Notes: generated by a model from the sequence alone, not told the origin. DNA of 64,000 nucleotides from Macrostomum lignano (GCA_002269645.1 NIVC01001281.1:1-64000); one strand, 5' to 3'; positions 1 through 36,040 are shown, counted from the stretch's first letter. Numbers and translations: made by a program.

Positions 1-104
1 GGACAATCTCGGCTATTTCCCTACACATGGACACTATTCTCAAGGACCACTGGACTCGTAACTTTTAGTGGTGTCTACTTAGTCCCTCTTTTAGTGGACG
101 CTCT

Positions 105-1550
105 TATCCTTGCAGGCAGACACCCTATTCCACAGGTGGACACCCTATCCTTACAGGTGGACACCCTACTCTAACAGATGGACACCCTATCTTTACAGGT
201 GGACAACCTATCCCGGACAGCCTATCCCTACAGGTGGACACCCTATCCCTACAGGTGGACAGCCTATCTTTACAGGTGGACAACCTATCCCGGACAGCCT
301 ATCCCTACAGGTGGACAGCCTATCCCTACAGGTGGACAGCCTATCCCTACAGGGGACAGCCTATCCCTACAGGTGGATACCCTATCCCTACAGGTGGACA
401 CCCTATCCCTACAGGTGGACACCCTATCCTTACAGGTGGACACCCTTATCCCTACAGGTGGACACCCTATCCCTACAGGTGGACACCCTATCCCTACAGG
501 TGGACAGCCTATCCCTACAGGTGGACACCCTTATCCCTACAGGTGGACACCCTATCCTACAGGTGGACACCCTATCCCTACAGGTGGACAGCCTATCCTA
601 CAGGTGGACACCCTATCCCTACAGGTGGACACCCTACCCCTACAGGTGGACACCCTTACCCTTACAAGTGGACAGCCTATCCCTACAGGTGGACACTGGT
701 CACTCTCTATCCCTACAGGTGGACACCTTACCTCTACAGGTGGACACCCTTACCCCTAAAGGTGGACACCCTATCCCTACAGGTGGACAGCCTATCCCTA
801 CAGGTGGATACCCTTACCCTTACAAGTGGACAGCCTATCCCTACAGGTGGACACCCTATCCATACAGGTGGACACCCTATCCCTACAGTTGGACACCCTT
901 ACCCTTACAAGTGGACAGCCTATCCCTACAGGTGGACACTGGACACTCTCTATCCCTACAGGTGGACACCTTACCTCTACAGGTGGACACCCTTACCCCT
1001 AAAGGTGGACACCCTATCCCTACAGGTGGACAGCCTATCCCTACAGGTGGATACCTTACCCTTACAAGTGGACAGCCTATCCCTACAGGTGGACACCCTA
1101 TCCATACAGGTGGACACCCTATCCCTACAGTTGGACACCCTTACCCTTACAAGTGGACAGCCTATCCCTACAGGTGGACACTGGACACTCTCTATCCCTA
1201 CAGGTGGACACCTTACCTCTACAGGTGGACATCATTACCCCTAAAGGTGGACACCCTATCCCTACAGGTGGACAGCCTATCCCTACAGGTGGACACCCTT
1301 ACCCCTAAAGGTGGACACCCTATCCCTACAGGTGGACAGCCTATCCCTACAGGTGGATACCCTTACCCTTACAAGTGGACAGCCTATCCCTACAGGTGGA
1401 CACTGGACACTCTCTATCCCTACAGGTGGACACTGGACACTCTCTATCCCTACAGGTGGACACTTTACCTCTACAGGTGGACATCATTACCCTAAAGGTG
1501 GACACCCTTACTCCTAAAGGTGGACACCCTACTCTAATAGGTGGACAGTC
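105..1550. repeat. 21-bp minisatellite (ACAGGTGGACACCCTATCCCT) with ~242-bp higher-order blocks
   Basis: Direct reading; variant blocks recur at ~661, 904 and 1146. Confidence 0.95.
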
Positions 1551-2071
1551 TGTCTTAATTTCTGTTACTTATTACTATAATAGTGCTATTTATTATGGTC
1601 TAATGTAGAAAAAATTAACTTTAAGAAAACAGATTGTTCAACCTTGACAGTGGCTCACGGTTTAATACCCATCATATATGTAATAAGTCTCTGGCTAAAA
1701 AGCAATACTCATATATATGCTATTTCACAATAAAAGTTACAAAACAATAGTTAATCAATTACCAAGCCAGCTCATGACAATCAGAGCAAAGTATCGAATC
1801 GCGCGTTGCATTTTTTTGCAATCTATCTTTGATTTTTTGCAATTTTTTGCAAAAATTGTCTCCAAATGCGTGTCTGCCGCATGCAGTCTCTTATATTATC
1901 CACAGCGCAAGGGTCCCGGGGGTCTGGGAAGTTTGCGCATCAGCTGACGCTGTCTTCGTGCAGAAATCCCCCCCCCCAGCCGACATTTAACTTTTTGTTT
2001 TCTTCCAACCGATAATTTCTGCGAAAGAATTCCTGCTTCTTCTTCTTCTTCTGTGGCTGTTTGTCGCTCGG

Positions 2072-16884
<14,813 letters not shown>

Positions 16885-17199
16885 TTAAACTGACTATGAA
16901 TATTACTAGCTACTGCAAGTAGCAAGATTGCATGTGACTATGTAACTTTTTGTCTTTGTCTTTTAATGCGTCGTGTTAACGTCCGACTTCTATATACTTT
17001 ATATGCGTTTTTATTTATTACTAACAATATGAGCTATAAACAAAAACATTTTCCATCAAGAGATGCTTCCGTGTGTTTTCAATTGAATAAATGATGAAAT
17101 ATCAATATTAAATATTAGAGCTAATCGGTAAACCTTCAATTTTTTTAATAGTTTTTTCGGAGTCATTCATCAGTAAATCCACTAGTTTAATAAGTTGGT

Positions 17200-18765
17200 A
17201 TCGTGACAGTGACGGGGTTGCAGTGACAGTGACGGGGTTGCAGTGACAGTGACGGGGTTGCAGTGACAGTGAGGGGTTGCAGTGACAGTGACGGGGTTGC
17301 AGTGACAGTGACGGGGCTACAGTGACTGTTTCAGTGACAGTGACTGGATTACAGTGACAGTGAGGGGTTACAGTGACAGTGACTGTTGCAGTGACAGTGA
17401 GGGGTTACAGTGACAGTGAGGGGTTACAGTGACAGTGACTGTTTCAGTGACAGTGAGGGGTTGCAGTGACAGTGAGGGGTTACAGTGACAGTGAGGGGTT
17501 ACAGTGACAGTGACTGTTTCAGTGACAGTGAGGGGTTGCAGTGACAGTGAGGGGTTACAGTGACAGTGAGGGGTTACAGCGACAGTGACTGTTTCAGTGA
17601 CAGTGACGGGGTTGCAGTGACAGTGAGGGGTTGCAGTGACTGTTTCAGTGACAGTGACTGGATTACAGTGACAGTGAGGGGTTACAGTGACAGTGAGGGG
17701 TTACAGTGACAGTGAGGGGTTACAGTGACAGTGACTGTTGCAGTGACAGTGACGGGGTTACAGTGACAGTGAGGGGTTACAGTGACAGTGAGGGGTTACA
17801 GTGACAGTGACTGTTTCAGTGACAGTGAGGGGCTGCAGTGACAGTGAGGGGTTACAGTGACAGTGAGGGGTTACAGTGACAGTGAGGGGTTACAGTGACA
17901 GTGACTGTTTCAGTGACAGTGACGGGGTTGCAGTGACAGTGAGGGGTTGCAGTGACTGTTTCAGTGACAGTGACTGGATTACAGTGACAGTGAGGGGTTA
18001 CAGTGACAGTGCCTGTTTCAGTGACAGTGACTGTTTCAGTGACAGTGAGGGGTTGCAGTGACAGTGACTGTTTCAGTGACAGTGAGGGGTTGTAGAGACA
18101 GTGAGGGGTTGCAGTGACAGTGACGGGGTTGCAGTGACAGTGACGGGGTTGCAGTGACACAAAGGAGTTGCAGTGACATTGACGGGGTTGCAGTGACAGT
18201 GACGGGGTTGCAGTGACAGTGACGGGGTTGCAGTGACAGTGAGGGGTTACAGTGACAGTGAGGGGTTACAGTGACAGTGACTGTTTCAGTGACAGTGACG
18301 GGGTTGCAGTGACAGTGAGGGGTTGCAGTGACTGTTTCAGTGACAGTGACTGGATTACAGTGACAGTGAGGGGTTACAGTGACAGTGCCTGTTTCAGTGA
18401 CAGTGACTGTTTCAGTGACAGTGAGGGGTTGCAGTGACAGTGACTGTTTCAGTGACAGTGAGGGGTTGTAGAGACAGTGAGGGGTTGCAGTGACAGTGAC
18501 GGGGTTGCAGTGACACAAAGGAGTTGCAGTGACATTGACGGGGTTGCAGTGACAGTGACGGGGTTGCAGTGACAGTGACGGGGTTGCAGTGACAGTGACG
18601 GGGTTGCAGTGACAGTGACGGGGTTGCAGTGACAGTGACGGGTTGCAGTGACATTGACGGGGTTTCAGTGACACAGAGGAGTTGCAGTGACATTGACGGG
18701 GTTGCAGTGACAGTGACGGAGTTGCAGTGACAGTGAGGGGTTGCAGTGACAGTGACAGTGACAAC
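17200..18765. repeat. 20-bp minisatellite (CAGTGACAGTGACGGGGTTG) with a 376-bp block duplication
   Basis: Identical ORF-track peptides at 17876 and 18252. Confidence 0.95.
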
Positions 18766-19265
18766 TAAAGTGCCGGTGGCAGTGACCGTGAGAGCGCCAC
18801 GAAACAGAACGTGTGAAAAAACATTTACAAAAGTGTGATGCATGAAAATTCTGTCAAGAATTCGATTTTAATCAATTGGTTAATCAGACAACTGCAAATT
18901 GCTTTCAACGTCTTGTTTGGTCTTAATTCTCCAAAGATCTAATCGGATCCAATTGGTGCTCATTCCCTGCTCAGACGGCTGCTCAATATTGTAGAGCTTG
19001 GCAGTTCCCACGCTGCTGTTCCCCTCTGGCCTGCTCAGCAACAGCTCAACCCAACCCCTCTAACTCCCTTCTCATCTGTTTGCCTTGTCCAAAACCCGCC
19101 TCCATGCCCAGCTCTATAATTCCCAGCAGAAATAATCGCGCAACTTCTCCCTATGCCCAAATTCCCCCAATCCGTGGCTCCATCTCTCCCGCTACCCAGC
19201 CTCCCAAACGCCTGACAGTTTTCCTGCTGCTTCCCCACTCCAACCCCGATCCCAACCCCGAGCCC

Positions 19266-19279
19266 GTTGCCATGCCAAC
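19266..19279. promoter_or_regulatory. RFX X-box-like motif GTTGCCATGCCAAC
   Basis: One mismatch to GTTGCCATGGCAAC, ~345 bp upstream of the MGCNSSK start codon. Confidence 0.5.
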
Positions 19280-19622
19280 AAGCATATCCTGAAGCAAAAC
19301 CTGGGGTGCAAATAAAAATCCTGTCGCCAGCCCCCCCCCCCCCTCAAGAGAGACCTCCCGCCTCGCCTCGGCCCCATTGTCTTTGCCAGTCCCTCCTTTG
19401 TCCTTACTTCTGCTTCTGCAGCAGCTGCCGCCAGTCTCTTCTAATCTTGCTTGCTTTGAAATTATAGTTCTTCTACCCCAGCTTATAGAAATCGATTTTT
19501 TCTTGACTAGAAGCAGTTCGACTTCCCTTAAGCCGGTTAAATAACAAAGTCTTGACCGGGTTTCGCTTTCGTGTGTACACACAGTCGACAGGACAGGAAA
19601 ACCAACTGATTGACATATCGGC

Positions 19623-22600
19623 ATGGGTTGCAACAGCAGCAAAGGCCAGCAGCAGGGTAAGAACGAAGTACATGTATTTTAATAAAAGAGCTTGTGAATG
19701 TAATCAATTGTAATCAACGAAATCATTGTCACGTATATGCTCGTAACATAAGTCAGGAATGGAAGTGAGGCCCTCAGTGCCATCATCTCTTTCAGCTGGT
19801 TTTCTAGCTATGCTGGTTTTTCGTTAGCTACTACCCCACAATCCGAAGATTCTGAGTAGACAAATGCTTCAAATCTTCCCAGCACACCAAAATTATTGAA
19901 TTGTAGCATTCAAATGTCCAATCTCCTTTCTCTTCATCGGTTATCGTCAAACGGGGCCTTCAAATCTCTGCAAACGCGAAATGACTATAGTATTCGTAAA
20001 AAAACTGTTGCCATGGTAACCAATGCTAAGCGTGTGCAGAGTTGGAGCGAACAGCTGCAAAAATAAAAATAGAGAAACGAGGGGGGGGAAGCCCACATCG
20101 CATTGAAATCTCATCTCATTCTCCTCTTTCTCTCGCTTGAGAACTCCACAGAGTTAGCTGTCCATGGCCCTGGCAACCAGGGTAGGAACAGGGAACAGGG
20201 AATAGAGAATGCAGCTGGCAGGTCTATAGGGAATCTATTTACTCCCCAATTCCCCACTCCCACCGCAGCGAGCCATTTTTTACCTTCCCTACCCGCCTCT
20301 CTCTCTTCCCCTCTCCTGCCTCTAGTAGAAGCGCTCTGAGGATTTGGGGTGGAAAATTGTTTTTGTCGGCGTCTACAATACTGCCGCACACTTCAGCAGC
20401 CGGGTGGGGGGGGGGTTGAACTGGGGCATGGAAAACAGGGCTTGTCCCGTCTGGCGACTCTCCTATTTCCCTCTTCCTCTCTCCCCCAGTCCTCAGCGTT
20501 ACCATGGCAACGTATTTACTGACGCTCGTTTGTTTTAGTGGGCAAGCCCGCCAGCCACCCACACCAACCCATTCGCTACCGGACACCCGGACACACACAC
20601 AGAGACAGAGGGTCGCGGCGAAATCATTTGGCTAACAACGCGACAGGGGGCCGCAGCTTTAAAGAGGCTGGAAGTTCCATCCCCTCTAACCCGCCTCCCC
20701 TCTTCCTCATACCAGATATGGATAATTGGGAATCGTGAGGGCCGCGGGGTGGACAATGGACATGCGATAACCCCTCCCCCACCGTTTCAACTGACTATTT
20801 TGGCTAGCAACGCGGAGGCGGTGGAGATCCGACAGGGCATCGATTAAAAAAAATTCCGTTGCGCAGTATAAATTTTCCACGATGTTGAATGACGCACATG
20901 GTCCTTTAAACTGATAGTAAAAAGACAGTCCTGACGAGAGGCGGATTATGGGGGGCGGAGGATAAGGGATGATAGAGAACTGAAGACAAACGAGGAATAT
21001 TTAAGGGCAGGTGATGGGGCGGTTGATAACTGGTTGGTTGATTAGACAGATGATGAGGCGGACAATGGAGAGCGGATGATGGGGCGGATGATGGGGCGGA
21101 TGATAGAGAGCGGATGATGGGGCGGATGTTAGAGAGCAGATGATGGGGAGGATGATGAGGCAGATGATGGGGCGGATGGTGGGGAGGATGATGAGGCGGA
21201 TGATGGGGCGGATGATGGGGCGGATGATAGAGAGCGGATGATAGGGCGGATGATAGGGCGGATGATAGAGAGCGGATGATGGGGCGTTTGATGAGCGGAT
21301 GATAGACAGCGGATGATGGGGCGGATGTTAGAGAGCGGATGATAGGGCGGACGATGGGGCGGATGATGGGCGGATGCGTGTTGGGATGTGAGGTAGGAGA
21401 GACTCATCGCCATTACAAGCAGACTAACTTTACTTCCGCAGCCATAAAAACCCGCCCACCCTTTCCCACCATCCAGTTGCGAACGGCAACAAGCCGGCAG
21501 GCGGACAGACGGCGGCCAGCGGCAACGCGGCCGCGAACTCCTCCAAGCCGGCAGCGGGCCAGCAGCAGCAGCAGCAGCAGGCCAACGCGGCCGACAACGC
21601 CGACAAGAAGCAGGAGAACGGCGCTGCCCCCGAGGCAAACGGGGAGACTGGTAAACATTTTAATAAGCGATGAAGCCGGCCAGTTTGAAATCTACTTAAT
21701 TACGACCGTTCACTTTTTTCAACTGGCAGGCGCCGCCGCAGCCGGAAGTTCCACGCCGCAGCCAGCCGAGAATGCCGAAGGTGCGGGCGAAGAAAAGCCG
21801 GCGGACGAGGCGGCGGCAGCGCCGGAGGCCGGAGACCAAGCCGAGGCTTCAGCGACGCCGGCGGCCGGTGACGCCCCGCCAGATGCCGCTTCGCCGGCGC
21901 CGGCAGCCGAGGGAGAGGCCGCCGCTCAGGGCGAGACCGCCGGGGAGGAACGTGAGTTCAAAGAGCGGATCTGAGGGGCGGATCTGAGGGCGGATCTGAG
22001 GGGCGGATCTGAAGGGCGGATCTGAGGGGCGGATCTGAAGGGCGGATCTGAAGGGCGGATCTGAAGGGCGGATCTGAAGGGCGGATCTGAAGGGCGGATC
22101 TGAAGGGCGGATCTGAGAGAGAATTGGAGGGGCGGATCTGAAGAGCGGATCTGAAGGAAGGGCGGATCTTAGAGAGGATTGGAGGGGCGGATCTGAAGGG
22201 CGGATCTGAAGGAAGGGCGGATCTGATAGAGGATTGGAGGGCGGATCTGAAAAGCGGATCTGATAGAGAATTGGAGGGGCGAATTTGAGGGCGGATCTGA
22301 ATGGCGGATCTGATAGAGGATTGGAGGGGCGAATTTGAGGGCGGATCTGAATGGCTGAACTGATAGAGGATTGGAGATTGGAGGGGCAAATCTGAAGGGC
22401 GGATCTGAGGGGCGGACGTGAGGGGCGGATCTGAGAGGCGGATCTGAGGGCGGATCTGAGGGGCGGATCTGAGGGGCGGATCTGAGGGGCGGACGTGAGG
22501 GGCGGATCTGAGGGGCGGATCTGAGGGCGGATCTGAGGGCGGATCTGAGGGTGGATTTGAGGGCGGATCTGAGGGCGGATCTGAGGGCGGATTTGAGGGC

Positions 22601-22973
22601 GGATCTGAGGGCGGATCTGAGGGGCGGATCTGAGGGGTAGATCTGAAGGGCGGATCTGAAGGGCGGATCTGAGGGGCTGATCTGAGGGGCGGATCTGAAG
22701 GGTGGGCTGAAGGGCGGATTTGAGTGAGGATTGGAGCGGCAGGTCTGAAGGGCGGATCTAACTTTACCTTCCTCATCTTCATCATGAGCCTTCATCATCC
22801 GCCAGATCTTTGGAGCGGATCTGAGAGAGGATTGCAAGGACGGAAGTTGGTTCTGAGGAAGTATCGGGGGCGGATCTTAGGGGCGGAATAGATGGGGAGC
22901 GGAAACGACAAAGTTTACCGAGGTGAATTCGCAAATGCAAACTTAATGCTGAATTTCAGAGCAAGCTGCCTGA
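19623..22973 (+). CDS. Uncharacterised 147-aa Ala/Gly/Glu-rich disordered protein with N-terminal MGCNSSK acylation motif (MARCKS/BASP1/cystin-like architecture)
   Basis: Exons 19623-19656, 21477-21650, 21730-21951, 22960-22973. All are phase-1 GT-AG junctions and total 444 nt in one frame: [21 protein letters not shown]...[14 protein letters not shown]...GEEQQAA*. Confidence 0.8.
20007..20020. promoter_or_regulatory. RFX X-box GTTGCCATGGTAAC
   Basis: Consensus 14-bp X-box in intron 1 of the MGCNSSK gene. Confidence 0.65.
20498..20511. promoter_or_regulatory. RFX X-box GTTACCATGGCAAC
   Basis: Consensus 14-bp X-box in intron 1 of the MGCNSSK gene. Confidence 0.65.
21050..21375. repeat. 12-bp repeat (GGGGCGGATGAT)
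   Basis: Direct reading. Confidence 0.9.
21965..22900. repeat. 12-13-bp repeat (GAGGGGCGGATCT)
   Basis: Direct reading. Confidence 0.93.
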
Positions 22974-23664
22974 GCCGGGAGTTCGAGACGGACAACCCAG
23001 AGACTCTTGGCTTTCTGTGTCTACTTTTCTAAGGCATTGTCTCCTAACAGTAAAGTTGTCTCAAAACTTCTCTCTCTCTCTCTCTCTATGAAAACAGTGC
23101 ACTAAAAACTCGAATATTTTTGTACTCTTTCTCTCTTCAGTCAAATTTTCTATCGCTGAAATGAAAAAAAAATCGCAGACGAATAAAAAGGCGAGAACAA
23201 CGCTTCGTGTTTTTTGGCTCAATTGGTTTTTTTCTCGGCAGTTTTACCCAAGCTCTTTTGTTGTGCCTTCTCTGCTTTTTTTGTGTGAGTGATTTTATTT
23301 TTCAAAGCCTCTTTATTTTTTATGCTACCCGCTGCGGCTGCAGCAATATAAAATCTGACTGACTGATTTCCAGAGAGGCCTTAATTGTAAATTGTTGAGC
23401 ACTCTAACTATTTTTATTACTAATGATATCTAATTGATCCGAGTAATTAAGTCAAGGTGTGAACAACTGCGCAATGCACTGAATTTTGCAAGATTATTCC
23501 TGTTTGGAAAAAATGTTAATGGCTTATGTTAATAAAACAAATAAACAGTTTGAACTGCGTTTTACTGACTAATATTTAAACTAAATACGAGTTTGGTGAT
23601 CTTTGCTGACTTCACTTGACAGTTGGTGCCAGCCGTTTCAGTTCAACGGGGCTGCGATCTTGGA

Positions 23665-24075
23665 TAAGCCAAGGACCACTAGCAGTATATCAAGACTTGA
23701 GTCAAGGACCACTAGCAGTATATCAGAACGTGAGCCAAGGACCACTAGCAGTATATCAAGACTTGAGCCAAGGACCACTAGCAGTATATCAAAACGTGAG
23801 CCAAGGACCACTAGGAGTATATCAGGACGTGAGCCGAGGACCACTAGTAGCAATCAGAACGTAAGCCAAGGACCACTAGCAGTATATCAAGGCGTGAGCT
23901 AAGGACCACTAGTAGCAATCAGTACGTAAGTCAAGGACCACTAGCAGTATATCAGGGCGTGAGCCAAGGTCACTAGTAGCAATCAGTACGTAAGTCAAGG
24001 ACCACTAGCAGTATATCAAGGCGTGAGCCAAGGACCACTAGTAGCAATCAGAACGTAAGCCAAGGACCACTGAAA
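23665..24075. repeat. 33-bp minisatellite (CAAGGACCACTAGCAGTATATCA...)
   Basis: Direct reading. Confidence 0.9.
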
Positions 24076-24464
24076 GTATATCACTAATTAAATTACTGAT
24101 TTCTGTATCTCGGACGCACTCAAATCAAGTCCGTGAATCGATGACCCAACGGAAGTCCAAGAAAGCAATCGTTGAGTGATACTTGAGATGATCAAATTAC
24201 CAGAGTTTCAATATCATATTTCACGGGATACTTATGTAGGGAATAAGCATTTTTCCTGTAGGAAAAAACTAAAAAATCAACAACAACAGAATTCGAAATT
24301 GTTATCGGTGCTTTAAAGATTTTTGGCAAAATGTTGATGCAACGGCCAGCCTTTATTGGCTTTAAAATTTGGCAGAGTTATATTGGTTTTTACTACTAAT
24401 AGTACTCGTGCAAGCGTAATGTACTCGTAGGAAATGGCACGCATGTGGGATATTAGAAACTATG

Positions 24465-25045
24465 AAGGCAGAGAGGGTGGCAGAGGGTGACAGAGGGTGT
24501 CAGAGGGTGGCAGAGGGTGGCAGAGAGGGTGGCAGAGGGTGGCAGAGAGGGTGGCAGAGGGTGGCAGAGAGGGTGGCAGAGGGTGGCAGAGAGGGTGGCA
24601 GAGGGTGGCAGAGAGGGTGGCAGAGGGTGGCAGAGAGGGTGGCAGAGGGTGGCAGAGGGTGGCAGAGGGTGGCAGAGGGTGGCAGAGGGTGGCAGAGGAC
24701 TGGCAGAGGGTGGCAGAGGGTGGCAGAGGACTGGCAGAGGGGCAGAGGACTGGCAGAGGGGCAGAGGACTGGCAGAGGGGCAGAGGGAGGCAGAGGGAGG
24801 CAGAGGGAGGCAGAGGGTGGCAGAGGGTGTCAGAGGGTGGCAGAGGGTGTCAGAGGGTGGCAGAGGGTGTCAGAGGGTGGCAGAGGGTGGCAGAGGGTGG
24901 CAGAGGACTGGCAGAGGGGCAGAGGACTGGCAGAGGGGCAGAGGGAGGCAGAGGGAGGCAGAGGGAGGCAGAGGGAGGCAGAGGGAGGCAGAGGGTGGCA
25001 GAGGGTGTCAGAGGGTGGCAGAGGGTGTCAGAGGGTGGCAGAGAT
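24465..25045. repeat. 10-bp repeat (GGCAGAGGGT)
   Basis: Direct reading. Confidence 0.95.
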
Positions 25046-25379
25046 AGATACATGTAGGTACAGAGATAACGGCAAGCAGCTCAATGGTAATTCGTTCAAG
25101 CCAAGCGCACTTTCATAGAGATATTGAAAATTTAATTACAAATGTTAAAAATAAAAATCAGAAACAAATTGGTACTCCAGAGTCACTCAAATCAGGGGTC
25201 TGGACCAGAACGGGCCGCTAAGATCTGGCAAACCCTCTGCTCCGTAAGTTCATTTTCGAGACGATTCTGCAACTCGGGTTAGTCCGCAGTTTTGATGCAG
25301 GCAGTTATAGTTGAAGAAATGAGTGAACTGTCCTTTGTTTTAAGAAAAAAAGAAATCTAAAAGAGACTTTAGAAAATTT

Positions 25380-25950
25380 TCTATTGGAAAATTCAGAAAA
25401 ATCAGGATGTTATGTAAATTTGGTAATTTAGGAAGTTCAGATTATCAGGAAAATGAAGACAGACTGAATTTGGGAAATTCGGAAATCGGGAAATTTGGGA
25501 AATGCTAGAGAAATTTCAGAAAATTGGGAAATTCAGGAAATTCGGGCAATTGGGAGATTTAGAAAATTCAGAAAATTCAGGAAATTCAGAAAATTCAAGA
25601 AATTTGAAAATTCACGAAATTCAGAAAATAGTAAAGTAAACTCAGAAAATAGGGAAGTAAACTCTGAAAATTCTGAAAATTCAGGAAATTCAAGAAATCG
25701 GGAAATTCAGGAAATTCAAGAAATCGGGAAATTCAGGAAATTAAAAAAAATTGGAAATTCAGGAAATTCATGAAATTTCAGAAAATTGGGAAATTTAGGT
25801 CAGAAAATTGAGAAGAAAAGCCGGAACATTCAGAAATCCAGGAAATTTAGGAAATCGGGAAATTCAGGAAATTCGGACACATTCATGAAATTTAGGAAAT
25901 CCATGAACTTGGAAAGGAAATTCAGAAAATTCGGAAAATTCATGGAATCG
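25380..25950. repeat. Degenerate 9-bp repeat (GGAAATTCA)
   Basis: Direct reading. Confidence 0.8.
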
Positions 25951-26099
25951 AGCATTACGAGAACAGCACATGCAAGCATGAAAAATCCGGCCGCGATAAA
26001 AGACTGCAATCTAAGAGCTAAAGTCTACAAAGTACGCAAGCAGCTACCAGCAGAGTCCTGCACACCTGTGACAGCAGGAAGTCCCCGCCCCCTCGCTAG

Positions 26100-33639
<7,540 letters not shown>

Positions 33640-34659
33640 CAGGGTCTGCTTGTGGATCAAACTCCAACGGTCAAAATGCGGAATCGTTATTATTAAAGCG
33701 TGGTGCAGGGGCTCGGCTCGCGCTGGCAGGACTGCTGCTATACAGAGAGGAGAGGAGAGTACCAAGTCCAACTGTTGCGGGCTTAGTAAAGTTAAAAAGC
33801 TAAGCTATAAGAACTCCGCGAGACGCAAGCAACCACGTTGGCTGTAGGCGGCAGAGTTTTTAATCTGAAATAAACGCCGCGTCTTTTAGCAGTTAAAACC
33901 GTTTGTTAGATAACAAAACAAAATTGCATGGGACGGGGAGGTGGGGACACAGAGAGAAAATAAGGGGGGCGGGGCGCGCGCGCACGCCTCTGCTTGGTGC
34001 GGTCCTGCAATCAATTCCAATCTGTTTAGCAACTATATAATAACTGGTCTATTGCTGTGCAGCCTGAAGACAGGCGCGGTGACGGCTGCGTGCGAACTGC
34101 TTCACTCAGCAGAGGGGTGCGGAGAGAAAAGATAAGAGAGAGAGAGGAGAATATCTACCATGTATAACAAGTCAGTAGGCAGGCGTTAAAAGCTTGAAAA
34201 ACAGAGAGAGAGAGAAATCCGGCCCATTTCCGATTGTATAGTGGCGGCGAACTGCGGCCTGGACAGCCAAAAAGTCAGCGCAAACGCGCTACACATGCAG
34301 TCAACATAAAATGTACAAGTCCCGGTTCATGCACAGTACTCGTACTTGTGTACGAGCAATTTAATAAGAAATTGGCAACATTCTGTAACGCAGAGTGCTT
34401 AGATCGGAATCTCAATACACTAAAACAGGCTGATTGCACAGTGCCTCAGGTAAAAATCCACATGTAGTTAAGACGTTGCTAGAGTATGCTTTGCGTGCAT
34501 ACGAGCGACGTACTAAAGCCGCACCCCAAATGAAGTTTTACCAGCACTTTAACACACCCCTGTACGAATAACCCGTGACTTGTACGGGCATGCTTTTCAA
34601 AGATTATGATTTCTCTGGGTGTAGATTTTTATCAACGCCAATAGATTTACAACACTTGT

Positions 34660-36040
34660 AGCTTATTGGTGGCAATCAAGGCTGGCTTATTGGTGGCAAT
34701 CAGGACTGGCTTATTGGTGACAATCAAGACTGGCTTATTGGTGACAATCAAGACTGGTTTATTGGTGACAATCAAGGCTGGCTTATTGGTGACAATCAAG
34801 ACTGGCTTATTGGTGACAATCAAGACTGGCTTATTGGTGACAATCAGGACTGGCTTATTGGTGACAATCAGGACTGGCTTATTGGTGACAATCAAGACTG
34901 GCTTATTGGTGACAATCAAGACTGGCTTATTGGTGACAATCAGGACTGGCTTATTGGTGACAATCAAGACTGGCTTATTGGTGACAATCAAGACTGGTTT
35001 ATTGGTGACAATCAAGGCTGGCTTATTGGTGACAATCAAGACTGGCTTATTGGTGACAATCAAGACTGGCTTATTGGTGACAATAAAGACTGGCTTATTG
35101 GTGACAACCAAGGCTGGCTTATTGGTGACAATCAAGACTGGCTTATTGGTGACAATCAAGGCTGGTGGCTTATTGGTGACAATCAAGGCTGGCTTATTGG
35201 TGACAATCAAGACTGGCTTATTGGTGACAATCAAGGCTGGCTTATTGGTGACAATCAAGACTGGCTTATTGGTGACGGTCAATGCTGGCTTATTGGTGAC
35301 AATCAAGACAGGCTTATTGGTGACAATCAAGGCTGGCTTATTGGTGACAATCAAGACTGGCTTATTGGTGACGGTCAATGCTGGCTTATTGGTGACAATC
35401 AAGACTGGCTTATTGGTGACAATCAAGGCTGGCTTATTGGTGACAATCAAGACTGGCTTATTGGTGACGGTCAATGCTGGCTTATTGGTGGCAATCAAGA
35501 CAGCTTATTGGTGACAATCAAGGCTGGCTTATTGGTGACAATCAAGGCAGCTTATTGGTGACAATCAAGGCTGGCTTATTGGTGACAATCAAGACTGGCT
35601 TATTGGTGGCAATCAAAGCAGGCTTATTGGTGGCAATCAAGACTGGCTTATTGGTGACAATCAGGACTGGCTTATTGGTGGCAATCAAAGCAGGCTTATT
35701 GGTGGCAATCAAGACTGGCTTATTGGTGACGGTCAATGCTGGCTTATTGGTGGTAATCAAAGCAGGCTTATTGGTGACAATCAAGGCTGGCTTATTGGTG
35801 GCAATCAAAGCAGGCTTATTGGTGACAATCAAGACTGGCTTATTGGTGACAATCAAGACTGGCTTATTGGTGGCAATCAAAGCAGGCTTATTGGTGACAA
35901 TCAAGACTGGCTTATTGGTGGCAATCAAAGCAGGCTTATTGGTGGCAATCAAGACTGGCTTATTGGTGACGGTCAATGCTGGCTTATTGGTGGCAATCAA
36001 GACTGGCTTATTGGTGACACAGTGACAATCAAGACCGGCT
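34660..36040. repeat. 24-bp minisatellite (GGCTTATTGGTGACAATCAAGACT)
   Basis: Direct reading. Confidence 0.96.

Noticed and set aside
110-1608. Long ORFs (461, 336, 193 aa)
   Set aside because: Translations of a 21-bp tandem repeat, open in several frames
33880-34140. GATA sites upstream of HNF4
   Set aside because: Two WGATAA hexamers are expected by chance
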